DNA of 64,000 bases from Stylophora pistillata (GCF_002571385.2 NW_019217785.1:682121-746120), one strand, 5' to 3'; shown: positions 12,501 through 24,400, counted from the first letter of the stretch. Numbers and translations: made by a program. The notes: generated from the letters alone by a model not told the origin.

Positions 12501-13194
12501 TTTTGAGGAATAGCGGCACGTTCGTTCCCCCGTTTATTTCTGGTTTCGAATGTTCAAACATTCGTCGATAGTTGGGAACAGATGGTGTCTTGACGTGCTC
12601 AATGTCGTTGCCAGGGTTTAAAACTGAAGAATTAACATCATTCGAACTCGCTTTTAAATCTTCTCCGTTCGCAATAGCTTTCGATTGTTGGGAACTTTGC
12701 TGGTTACTTTCGATCTCTATTCGAGTGCCCAGTTTGTTTGGTTTGTGTTCCAGTTCTGTCGGAATCTCAACACCTTTGGTAACACAACTATTTGTGTCTG
12801 CGGGGCTTGAACACAATGCAGGACCACCCTGGCTCGCGTAAATATCGGTTAAAATAATTTTCTTCTTGTCTTCTTCTCCATTCTTGACAACTGGCTTGCA
12901 GCTTGAATTTAAGACCAGTGTATTAGTCTGTGATGCCTTACGTACAATCCGTGGACCAAACAAAGTATTGACATGTAAGGCTTGTTCCTTAGTTTCCGGC
13001 GAATCGATGGTACTCTCCTTTTTTTTTTCTAGCAGCGATCGCTTCCACTCTGGGATAGATGTTTTGCGAGATTTCTCTTGTTCGAGCTTCTGTCGCTGGT
13101 CTTGCTCCTTTCTCTTCTTCTTCTCTATCAGTTCTACTTTCCATGCCGGTAAAACGGTAGTCATATCGAAAGATTTATCCTTGGTAATGGACAA
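6541..13194 (-). CDS. Taperin/phostensin (TPRN/PPP1R18)-family PP1-regulatory, probably actin-associated protein, ~1354 aa, 2 exons
   Basis: Exon 1 13194-9457 (donor AGG|GTAAGA) and exon 2 6867-6541 (acceptor TTTTCAG|GTG), phase 0. N-terminal LPAWKVELIEKKK and IPEWKRSLLEKKK motifs, a poly-E tract, then LKSCL...KVRVSF (RVxF PP1 site)...HDYPSEE, and C-terminus DYASALLF*. This matches the taperin layout (MPAWK.E.LERK...KISF...FEYPSE...PALYF*). Confidence 0.8.
6894..7396. mobile_element. tRNA-like-core repeat element inserted as an inverted duplication (perfect 171-bp arms) with 13-bp TSD
   Basis: TSD ATTAACATCTATG at 6894-6906 and 7384-7396. Arms 6907-7077 and 7166-7336 are exact reverse complements; the insert ends in a (TTG)n-like tail. 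Confidence 0.85.
7193..7264 (+). pseudogene. tRNA-Thr(AGT)-like cloverleaf inside the repeat element (identical mirror copy at 6979-7050, - strand)
   Basis: GGCTTGT/ACAGGCC acceptor stem, GCTC/GAGC D-stem, A-box TAGCTCAATTGG, loop CTAGTAT, B-box GGTTCGAATCC. The T-stem has 2 mismatches and the anticodon stem 1, so it is repeat-derived rather than a canonical tRNA. Confidence 0.7.
7533..7761. mobile_element. Penelope-like-element-derived palindromic insertion with degenerate minimal hammerhead core
   Basis: ~90-bp imperfect inverted arms span 7533-7728. The centre GACTCCAATGATGACTTCCGCCCAGGTTGTTGAAACGTCAGTC resembles the CTGANGA...GAAAC hammerhead of PLE pseudo-LTRs, but the CTGA is mutated. 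Confidence 0.65.
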
Positions 13195-16067
13195 CCTGTT
13201 TGTATAATTATTCAGCGACCGGCGCTTATCGATTCAAGATATAGCAAAGCTGTTCCATGCTTGACAGGAATTTTTCTGTTATAGTGAATCCTTTAGAAAA
13301 CTCTAAAACTTCCTTAATGCCTGAAATCTCTCGACAGTTCCAGCGTAAAGGGATTACGAATTGACGCGACAGTTCCCAGAACCGCGACTAACTTTGCTCA
13401 TGCTCCGCGAAGCATGGAATTGTATCGATGATGTCACACGGTTAAATAAATATTTGAAGCAGGCACTTGAACAGGCCATAACACTCGCTGATTGGTGATA
13501 GCAATCGCTTGGCCGGCGCCCGATTGTTTGCCACAAATTGTATGAAAATTTAAAGCTTTTTATGTACAAAAGCCTATTGGATTAACATCTCCACAAGCGC
13601 TGCAGGAGATTTAATTGTTTACAGTGCTAGCACTGGATTTCTTTAGTGAAAGCATGCAAATTTTCTAACTAGATGGGAGTAAAATCGACTATCGGACGAG
13701 TTCTAAATATTATGCATGGGGTTCTCGAAAGGTTTGCACAAAAGAAAAGATTCGGAAATACATGATGAATAGGTGTTACTTGTCCATCGAGGCAAAAAAA
13801 AAGGAAAACTTTCCAAAGTAACCCTATTTTTAGAGTTTGTCAGAAATTGAACATCTTCGCTCATCTCGAAAATGACTTTTACACATGGTTTTACATTTGA
13901 GAGCAAGCAGAAATGGATATTACTTTGCATAATAGCCAAGTGTCAAAACAAACTTTATTTATCTAGAAAATCACTTAAAGCGATCTTAATCTTCTTTAGA
14001 AACAGCTAAGTTCTGTACAAACTCGACGGAAAACGATTCTACTATTTTCATGCAAATTACTTCCTACCAAGAAAGCCTCTTGCTTAGAGAATTAGGACAT
14101 CATTATTTCGAAACGAGTAATATTGAGCAGAAACTTTAATTCTGTGAATCAGCAGTATAAATATGGCATCTGACTCTTACACAAATCGATAATAGCTGCC
14201 TTCTTGCTGCAGGACTAATACTGCTTATGGCCATTATGCTTTATCGGCAGCCGGTTTCAGTCTCCCGTCTCAATTCTTTGTGGCCTACGGAAGCGATGTT
14301 TTAATAGACATACCTTGCCACTTGTAACTTGCCTTATAGGGCAGATTAACCACCCAAGAGACCAATAAACAACTCACTAAAAATATTGTTTGTGATCAAC
14401 AAGTCACAAGGAATTAAGAGTCACTTTATTAGCAGTACATTATCACACTATCATTGTAAAATTTGCATGCACGTCAACGTCTGATATTTGAGTGATTTTT
14501 TTTTCCTTTGATTTTTGCTACAGGTGCACTTACTCAGCCCGATATATGTGCAGGAATTTTGATTGACCACTCAACAGAACCCAAAGGAAATTCGTCACGG
14601 TCACCACAAGTGCTTGAATTTTAACGCATCTGTGCACAGAAATAATAATTTTAATGAACGACGTGCGTCACGAGTATTTTAAACAACCACGCCAACCCCG
14701 GCTATGTTAGATGGTTGCTTGTTCTCCGACTATGCAAATATTATGATGGATTTTAGTCTTCTCCTCCTGTTTTGTTCTCCACTTCTACTTCATTTTGACG
14801 AGAATTGAAAGGCATCTATGGTTTAACAGCAAGGCAAGTTTGGTCAAGTCTATTCGACGGGACGAAATTTGTCACTTAGATTTTCTTTTTTTTTTTTCAG
14901 ACAACTTTCAATTACCCTCTATTTCTATTCTCTAACAATAAAATACATAAATAAATAACAAAAAATATATGCATTAATTCAATCATCGTGTTATATCTTT
15001 ACAAATTTTTGTCTGACAGGAGTAAATAAAAAAAACTGAAAATGTCCTTTAAAATGCTTTGGGCAGGTTTGCTCCGTAACTTATAAAAGGGAATAAAATC
15101 TAATACCATGGGAAGATCATTTTGACCTGTTATAGAAGTGATCCTTCTAAAATTTTCTTAAGGACTTAGTGCTCTGAAGTCTCTGAAGAATGTTTCATAA
15201 GCTTCGATCGCTCAAACCGTTTTGCATAAGACGAATAGACGTCCACCGGAATGCCCGTCGGTGAGCAAAATTCGCGACACTAGGAAATACCCTTCTGCAT
15301 CTCCGAAAACGGGAGCGTGTTGATTTAAACTTAAAGAATGGTCACCTCAGGAATAACGCCTTGCAAAATTTTCAATTGATTGTTGTGAAACATGGCCTGG
15401 GTACTCGCGGCGACCAATCGGAACAGAGAAAAATCACACGGAGCCAATCAAATCTCAACAAGAAAACAAAGAAACTACCCAGAGCGCGGGAAGGCACGAT
15501 TGGTTTTAGTAGTTACACATCTGATTGGAAGAGAGGGAGACGCGATTCATATAAGACCATTCAGAGTGCGTAGTGAGGTAAAAACTTAAGTAAAATACTG
15601 CATTCATTTCGACACCAGATGGAAAATTGCCCATAAGGGATATAATTATCTACGCTATACATATCGGTTATCACAGACCTTCTTAGATCACCACCCAGAC
15701 TGCGAGCGAAGTAGAGGCGCAGGGAATTGAACGAAAACAAACCCAGGTTGCCTCGCCTGACCAAATAAGCATATTAAAGCGGCTGTTAACAGACTAGCAT
15801 GAGGTAGGTTAATAATTGACTCAGTGTTATAGATTTGTCTGTTCGCTGCTCAGTCGTAGTACAATTTCAAAATTTAATTGTATCTTTTTTCCCACACTCC
15901 TCCCTTGAGCGAATGAAAACGTAGCGTGATGCTTCTTCGTGTTCGTCCCGTGCTGTGATCGTAGATGAAAGAAAAACCAACTATCGCCCATTTTTTTTTA
16001 TTTTTTATTAAGACGCCGATCTACGTACTGTTCACTATCTGTGTACGGTTACTTGCTCTAGAATGTC

Positions 16068-16218
16068 ATTATCCTGCAATCAGGCGTTCTTCTTTGCGGG
16101 AGAGCGCTACAGTGCAGTAGCGCCAGAGACTGTGGGCGAAGCAATGCCCAACCGCCTCCTCACGAGCTGCTACACTATGGCGCTTCCCCGAAAAAAGGAG
16201 CGCCTGATCGCAGGTTAG
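16068..16218. mobile_element. Short MITE-like element
   Basis: Terminal inverted repeats CCTGCAATCAGGCG / CGCCTGATCGCAGG. Confidence 0.5.
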
Positions 16219-16789
16219 ATTCTCATCATCAGGTGATACCATTTGTACAAACAACGAATTGAGGATCATACAACTCCGAGATCTGGAAAAACAAAAAAGC
16301 TCCCGATGAACTAATCACAAATAATATAGTAAAAGTCTTAACTTTTTTATTTGTCTGTAGGACTCAACTGAATTACTTTGGGGTATCACTGTTAGGTCAC
16401 TTTAAGATTCTGAACAGAATAACTTGAGTATTCCGATAGCTGCAGCCTTTTTTTCTTATATACGGCATTTTTCATCATTACTCAAGAAGATCCGTGAAGT
16501 CAATCCACAAAATGATCGGGATGTCCTATTGAAATTCTAAAGTTGCGAGAAGCTTTCTGCTCTCTGTCTTCTTTACAAAAGAAACTAACTGCTTTGAGTG
16601 GCAGAATAACCTCGTATATCATTGACGTTGTGATATTCTCATCTTCCTCGACAACCGAATCACCTTCCTAGCGTTAGTTGAAAGGTTAATTCAAATTTGT
16701 GCTGCCCTTCCGTAGAATTACAAGGCGTATCTTTCAGTGAGAACAAATAGATGACTCGACAGCTGAATGAAGTTGCTTTGATCTACACT

Positions 16790-19700
16790 CTACCACATTT
16801 GCCCGTCTTCTTGTTCGTATCTTCTCTTATCACCAGTCTCATAACTTTCTCTTCGTTTTTCACGGTGACTATGTTTTTCTTTATTGCGAGACCTCTCACT
16901 GTCTCCATAACGATCACGGTCTTTGTAACGATCCCGCGATCTGTCACTGTCACGCTCACGGTATCGCTTTCCTTCAGTATCACCCTCGCGATCATGAAAG
17001 TAAGAACTGCCTCGAGAGCTTTCTTTGTTACGTTCACGTTTGTCACGAGATCCATCTCGATCACGTTCACGCTCACGGTGATAATAATTCTCACGAACGT
17101 TGTCGCTCTTTCGTTCACGATAAGTGTCACGGGGATTATCACGTGAACCGCGATTTCCCTCGTGGTCTCGCGAACCCCGTAAAAACTTGTGTTGGTTTCC
17201 AACTTGTTGTGTTGGACTGCAAAGTAAAAGTAAATTAATCTATCACTCAATTTTACAGCGACTTAATAAAGAGAAACTATTTTGGTCACTTCAAATTACA
17301 AATACAGCCCTGGCTAACAGATATTAGACGAAAAAAAAAATGTTCAGTTAGCTATAAGACCAGTCTGAATTTCAACAGGGACCGTGAAGGGTGGGAGAAA
17401 AATGACTGAAGAATTCTTTTCCAGCACGTGCAAATTCATGTTAGTTTTAGCAACCCTCTTTCTCGTCTCCTTAATAAATGCTCCGCCTGTGCAGGAGAAA
17501 GTGTAGTTTTGTCATGTTTCATTGTTATTCAAGGCTACTGAGTTAATGAGATTTGTACAGCTCTCTGAAAACCAGGGGTAAGTGTTACAAGCCCACTGGC
17601 CCCCTATTGCCAAAGCTGTTCCTGGTTTCCTTGGCATCTGTACAAAAACAACCAAGGGCCAATATCACCCAGTCGGGCTCAAGCAAGCAAGGTTAATAAG
17701 TAGCTCATAGTATGGCACTCTAACCAAACTTTTACATTTTAAATTTGCCGGCTTTTGCGACCAAAAATATACAGCTGATGGCCGTTTCCAAGGAGACAGT
17801 GGAAATGGCACAATTCAGAGCAAATAAGAACCAAACAGACCTCAGTTTTACCTCAGGACTACTTTGCCATAAAAGTATCTTACACAAGAACAAAATGACT
17901 CAACAAAATGACTCAACAAAATGACTCAACAAAATGACTCAACAAAATGACTCAACAAAATGACTCAACAAAATGACTCAACAAAATGACTCAACCAGGG
18001 CTCAGGCATGACATTTGAAAACTGGGTTCTAGCATGTCCCTCATTTGGAATTATAACATTTATGTCTAGCTGTTGGGGTGGAAGGGGGAGTTTGAACAAA
18101 TAAAAAAAATTGTATTCAAACAACTCACATTGGTCTTCTGAAGAGACGATCCCTTCCTCCGAACCTCAGTTGTCCCGATTCTTTCTTTCCTCCAAAGCCA
18201 CCTCCTAAAATGATTAAAACTTGTGAATTCTGTATCCAATTTTATCCACTGCTTTGGAAAGTAATCTAAAACATATAGTACCTTTACTTTGTTATCTTTT
18301 GCAACAATTTTCCTGAGATGTAAAGCCATACTCCACCAATAATACTTTTGAGGTGGTCATTAATATTTTGCCTCTGTTACTTTGGTCTCTGTAGCATGTA
18401 TTTCCTTCAACTGAGTTTTTAATTCCTTGACTAATGATTTCAAATGTCTGCTTTGGTTTCTGGTTTGAACATTCCACAAACTGGTAGGTGTATAACTTAC
18501 TATCTTGTACTTACAGTCTGATGCTTTCAACATGATGTCTGTTAAAAAATGAATAGGTTTACATGATACTCAAAAAATAAATAAATAAATAAAGATGTAG
18601 CCTTTACCCAGACGTCTTGGGATCCAGCCCTTAAGAGATCTTGCGGCTTCATATTCTACTAATATGGTACAGCCATCTACTTCTTTACCTTGCAGTTCCT
18701 AAAGTGATTGAATGAAACAACTGATCATTACCGTTGTTAAGTTAACAAGTTCAAGCTCATACTGACACTCAACTCACCCTCCAGGCCACATTAGCATCTC
18801 TCTCACTTCTGTACTCCACAAATGCATATCCTTTTGAAAATCCAGTCACTACAAGAGAAGGAAAAGTTCAAATTACTGACCTCAATGAAAGAACTTTTCC
18901 CATGATGTAAAAATCTGTATCTAATACTTTACGTCATGAAAATAATCCGGTTCTATTGTGAGAAGAGAACACTGTTTCTAGCTGAATCAGCTGAAGCGAT
19001 TGTACCTACAGCTGCTACCTCATCTCAAAGGTCAGAAAACTACTCCATGCATTTCAATAACTTTTTCCAAAAGAAGCTTCAACGGTGTAATAGGTGGGCT
19101 GTGCCTGGAAGGTGGGACACAAGTCGAAACCCAAACAAGAATGCCTGCTCGTAAGCTAAACAGACAGCAGTAGGAAGACTTCTAGGCAATGGTAAATCTT
19201 TAGTAACCACTTTTAATGAAACCTCTGCAATGCTATTTTTCAGTACCAAGGTGCAGTTAACAATACTTTAATTTGTAAGTGCCTGCTAAGTATGTTGCAA
19301 CTAAAAACAAATTATCTTGAAATGATCTTGGCAACAAAAAAACAAAGGCCAACAAAATTAATTTAAATTTATTTATACCAGGTTCAAATTCATACTAATC
19401 AGTCATGTGCTAGTTGTGTTCAGAGGAGCAATAAAAATCTTTTAACCCCAACAGTAACTCACTTTACTCAGGATGTAAGCAGAAAAACCCAACAGTTGGG
19501 TAAGCTCAGATGACCACCAATAGCTCAGCAAAGCATTTGTTGAGCATCAGAGAGAATTGTACAGCTACTCTTCTGAATTCTAAAATTAATGTCAATGAAT
19601 TGAGCTGTTTTTTAAGTAAGGTATGGAGAATAATGTCCTCTCACTTTACAACATTTTCCTTCTTCTATTTATTTCTTAATACAAAACTGAATCAGCATCG

Positions 19701-21093
19701 CACAAAACAATCTTAACTGGCATGGAAATTACGATATAAAATGTAAATTGTTTAACTGTCTGAGTAACATTACTTACCAACATCTCTCACAAGTCTACAT
19801 CTTGTTAACTCGCCACATTTTGCAAATATCTTGTACACAGTTCCTACAGGGAAATAACAAAGGGAGGTGGTATACAAACAATAAAACCTCAGTATCATGA
19901 CTATGGAAAAAGTTCTGCAAGTACTGCACTTTTTTTTCACTTATTTTCTCTGCCTGACTATCTTATTTTCAATTATATAATGTTTATCAAATATTACTGA
20001 TGAATGTAAACTACCATTAACCTTCAGTTTCTCTCTTTGTCAGAAAATATTATAATTTTGGATATTTCTAACCTTCACTAGTATCCTTGCTTAATTTTCC
20101 AACAAATAAAGTGCTGTCTGGATCACCATTTACTCTTTTGTTTGGCTTATCTAGAGAAGAGAAGATAAAAATTCATCTATCATCTATGTTGATGTCATAT
20201 GTAACTGTCCTCAAATGAATCATGACTAAGAACTAATCATGATGCATGTATTCACTCTGACAAAGGGCTAATGCTTGAAACATCAGCTTTTTAACCTTTT
20301 AAGGTGGCCAACTTACAAATTCAACTTATGTATGGTGCACGATCCTTGCAGTAAAGAGCACTATTTATGCAATAGCGAAAATCAGACCTGAAAAAAATCA
20401 GGCCTGTACGGGATTCGAACCACTGACCTCTGCGATACTAGTGCAGTGCTCTACCAAGAGCTAACAAGCCAGCTGAGAGCAGGCCGTTAAGTTGATTCTT
20501 AATAAACCCGTCGTGATAAACCAGATACGATGAATATATGAAGTTCATATATTTTGAACTGCGGTTATAGATACATATGATGTACAATCCTCGCAGTAAA
20601 GAGCGCTATTTATGCAATAGCGAAAATCAGACCTGGAAAAAATCAGGCNNNNNNNNNNNGCGCGTGGAGTACAGGTAGGCGCGTCATAGATGACTTCAAC
20701 TTGTGTGGCGATTTGAAATCTCTTGTGGAACGATGTGACGATGTTTTGGAACGTTGTGACCGAAACTTGGAACGAACTGACTTGGAACGAAATGACCATA
20801 GAAGGACCGGAGACCGACTGAAACCAAAACAAACTTGAAGCTGGCAAAACAAACTTACAAGCAAACCTTTCTACGTAAGCTGCCTTTCACCAGATGGCAA
20901 TGAATAGTGAATCAAACTTACATTTTGCAAGCATCGCACGGATCACTGCCTTATCATGTGGCACTGTGTCAGTTCCATCAATGCTGCCAGCTTGTAAAGG
21001 GTGGTAAAATTTTGCAAGTGGAGACCAGTTGTCCCAAGTAGGAATTTCGTAGCCCAAATCTGTCGTGGTAACTTGTTCCGTGACTGATTCCAT
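16790..21093 (-). CDS. SNRNP35: U11/U12 small nuclear ribonucleoprotein 35 kDa protein (RRM + R/D/E-rich tail), 326 aa
   Basis: Exons 21093-20922, 20150-20073, 19843-19778, 18848-18778, 18698-18608, 18204-18129, 17216-16790 splice in frame: [32 protein letters not shown]...[12 protein letters not shown]...[19 protein letters not shown]...[34 protein letters not shown], then an RD/RE-rich tail. Confidence 0.95.
17889..17995. repeat. Minisatellite, 8 perfect copies of 13-bp AACAAAATGACTC
   Basis: Units start at 17889, 17902, 17915, 17928, 17941, 17954, 17967 and 17980; no spacers. Confidence 0.95.
20251..20327 (+). mobile_element. Penelope pseudo-LTR remnant (degenerate hammerhead motif)
   Basis: CTCTGACAAAGGGCTAATGCTTGAAACATCAGC, followed by ...GGTGGCCAA, homologous to 48185-48245. 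Confidence 0.55.
20328..20648 (-). mobile_element. Head-to-tail tandem copies (period ~245 bp) of the same tRNA-like-core repeat, running into an assembly gap
   Basis: tRNA-like core at 20401-20470. The segment GCAGTAAAGAGC...GAAAATCAGACCTG recurs at 20348 and 20593. Clearly homologous to 6907-7100. Confidence 0.8.
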
Positions 21094-21439
21094 CTTGTAA
21101 ATAAACCAGTTAGAGTATCATTTCGATTTGTTCTATCCAAAAACTCCGCTTCATGTGAAAAATATTAAACATCTTTCGTGTTAAAAGGCTTCCTTCGTCC
21201 GCCATTTTGGAAGAATGCTGTTTGGTCAGTGCTTTGTTTCCCTCGTTCTTCCTGCAGGCGAGGTTACTAATTTGTGTATTTTCATTCCCGCGTGAACCTG
21301 GTTGTTGTGTTACTGACACTTCAACATCCTGTAGTCCTAAAAAATGTGGATGTGCAAGGGAGGTTGGAAGCTTTGTCTTTCGTCCTTGACTGCAGAGAAG
21401 CTATTAGTTGTGTTTTACACGTGAAAGTATCGAAATAAC
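21094..21439. promoter_or_regulatory. Probable bidirectional promoter between SNRNP35 and TDRD5-like, with YY1-type motif CCGCCATTTT (21199-21208)
   Basis: The divergent start codons are only 346 bp apart; the interval is locally CpG-richer and carries the AAAATGGCGG motif on the - strand. Confidence 0.65.
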
Positions 21440-24400
21440 ATGGTAGGAGCTCAGTCGATGGCAGCCAAGGACGAAAAGTCGTCACGTGGAAAAGATAAAG
21501 AAGCTCTTCGCAAAGAAGTCACTAAGAATGTTCGCGGGCTTCTTCTATCCGTGCAAAATGGACTCACAGTGGCAGAGATTCAGAGAGATTATAAAAGTAT
21601 GATCGGAAAACCGTTCCCATTTCGTGAATTGGGCTTCAACACTCCTTTAGACTTACTGAAAGACTTGCCAGATGTTGCTCGACCAAGTTGGGAAAATGGC
21701 GAGTTGGTTCTTCAAGGTAAGTATGGCTGAACTATCCCAGCCTTTTTTTTTTCGTACGATAAGTGGTTAAGTAACATTTATGTGCTGCAGAATACCACTT
21801 TAAGTTGTGAATGAAAGTTTTTTGACTCTCTAACAATTTTGAAGAATCACTGAGTGCGTTAATGCTCTGCTGGTCGTGGAAACATGGGGGTGCCCAGCTG
21901 CAGCTCATAAAAACTCTAATTTACAACAAAGTCTTTTTCATCAGTTGTACAAGGTCTAAAGTTAGTCACCTGTGGCACCCGGATTTTGCTAGAGCTGATT
22001 TTAAAAGCTAATCTCAATTATATAGCAATTTGGTAAAATGATACTGTTACAAACTACATGTACTTGCATTGAAAGCAATCCTTACTCTTTTCTCTAATTG
22101 CCAAAGTAGAAAACTACTTGAGTAGCAGGTTACATTGTGTTGCTTACCAGGCAATGGGACCAGTGGTTAGGGTGCTGGACATGTAATCTGGTGGTCCCAA
22201 GTTCAAACCTTCCACCCTGCTACTCGCTGGATTTGTTCTCAGTTGCCCCAAGTTCAGCTCCTTGGCTGCACTTTGTATGTGGCCCAACTGGTTTGCCTGT
22301 AGCCAGTTGGGAGTTTTAAGAACTCTTTGATTATTTGCAATGTTTGAGGGCCATTATGTAAACTTTTGAGTTATCTGCAATTTACAGTATGTTACCCTTG
22401 CAAAACAAAGCCCATTAATCTGATGTAAATGTCTTCAGGGAACTAAAGGGCATGTAAACCCTAAAATCGTACATTTTCTTTTCACATAGTTTAAGTTTAA
22501 GTTTAGTTTANNNNNNNNNNNNNNNNNNNNNAAGTCAGCTCGCTATTATAGGGTCTCAAATTCATCCCAACACTCATGACAAACCATAAAACCAAACCAA
22601 CTCTTGCTAGATTTATTCGCAAGATGAACGCGCCTCAAAAACAACTTTCACAGACAAAACAAAGAGCCACATCTGTCTCATATCAAACTGAATGCCACCG
22701 GTTCAGCCTTCTGTTGCCCTTTAGAGCTAACCTGCAGAGATTACTTATCCAAGTCATTAAAGAATTTGTAATGCAATGAAGTAACGGCGCTTAAAGAGTT
22801 AAAAAAAACTTTGCTTTAAACCTCACAAAAGCAACACAACAACAGTCATCAGTCATCAAAGTGCAACTCGACAATGGAATTCACTTCAAACCTCTCAAAG
22901 AACCAATACTAAAAGACACGCAGGAAAGGGTTTATTAGATCATTGACCAAATGTATCAAGGCAAACACACTTTAATGGCATGACTAAGAAATGGCTTCAA
23001 CAAACTCCTAATTCACCTGGATACACAGTCCACCCTTGCTGAAAACAATTTTCATATATTATCCGTTTATCTTTGAAAACTTAAACAGAAAAATCACTGA
23101 GGACACACTTTTGAAAGAAAAAAAAAGTACAATTTGAAGATGATAATGCGACATGACTACAAAAGCCATATGGTGAGTCATTGCCGGTCTGTCTATACCT
23201 TTGTTCCTAGTCGTTTTTGGTGTGATTATTTGTGAGGTACTGCTGCCTGTACACGTGATAGCCCGTCTCCAGCACCTATCTATCGAGGCAGGTTGTTTGA
23301 AAACCTGGATGTTTAGTAACTCATCTTGGTTTCAGGCTCTTGTTCCTTTACATTTTGCCACACTTGCCCAATTTCCGTACAACAGACGCTTTCATGTGTT
23401 TTTGGCTTTGGCTGACAAATTCCGTACTCGCACCATTGATAATTTTATATAAAACAAGCACAGAAGCTTATGTTAAAGAAATTATCTTGCATTCATTTAG
23501 ATTTTCAACTTACTTTATTAGGTTTTCGTGCCAAATGAAAATAAATCACACAATGGATTAAATACCAGTCTGTGTTTCCGAGACACTCGGTATTGCTGTC
23601 AACCGGCTTTGTGCTGCCTTTGTGTGGATCATTCAGTGAACCCTAGCGGCTTATATTGATAAGGACATGACCCAGACTCTCCTAAAGGTTCTGAAGTATC
23701 CCCATTGCTGTCATATAAGTTTAAGGCATTCGAATCACTCTCTCCTGAAAGACATCGTCCTGACTATTGCTACCCGTACAAGCTGCCCTATCATTCTACT
23801 GAAAACCGTGTTGTGCAATATTTTAGTTCCACTGCTTACATCACAACCCCTCACTATTGTTTTCACCAGAAGTGGAATTTCAGTTAAAAATGCCAACTGT
23901 CTCCCTAAAAGAAGTCGAATTGGCCAAAACAAATCACAAATTCGTCTTCTAAACCACCTTTTACATAGTATAAAAAAAAACATGTATTTTTAGGTTTACA
24001 TGCCCTTTAAATTGGTTTTAAAATAGGGTCAGCAATAATCATACTGTTAGCATATTTGGAGATGACTTCAAAACAGGTAGTTCACTGTTTGCAATGTTAA
24101 AATGTGATAAGTAGTAAACTGTCAGAAGTACTGTGGTTTCTAATCATGAAAAATAAAAATTACAAGGAATATTTTTCTGTAATCTATTTCTCTGTTTCTT
24201 TGTTCTTTATCAGGCATTCCTGACGCTACCACAAGACATATAGCTCGTTTAGTTGCCAGGCAAAGGAAGAGTTCTCCTAGGAGAAAAACTCGTCTCACCT
24301 CATATCAACCTGAGCAAACACCAGTTTTGCCTCATTTTATACGAACAAAAATAAAAGAACTTCTAGTTGGTTATCCATCAGGGTTACTGGGCTCCATGTT

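Noticed and set aside
9800-13207. Multiple + strand ORFs overlapping the taperin-like exon
   Set aside because: Antisense shadows of a long coding exon, with no recognisable motifs or splice structure.
16751-17250. 131-aa (+) and 155-aa (-) hydrophobic ORFs
   Set aside because: Alternative-frame and antisense readings of the repetitive RD/RE-coding last exon of SNRNP35.
17889-17995. CRISPR-like array
   Set aside because: Contiguous 13-bp units without spacers, in a eukaryotic intron, with no cas genes.
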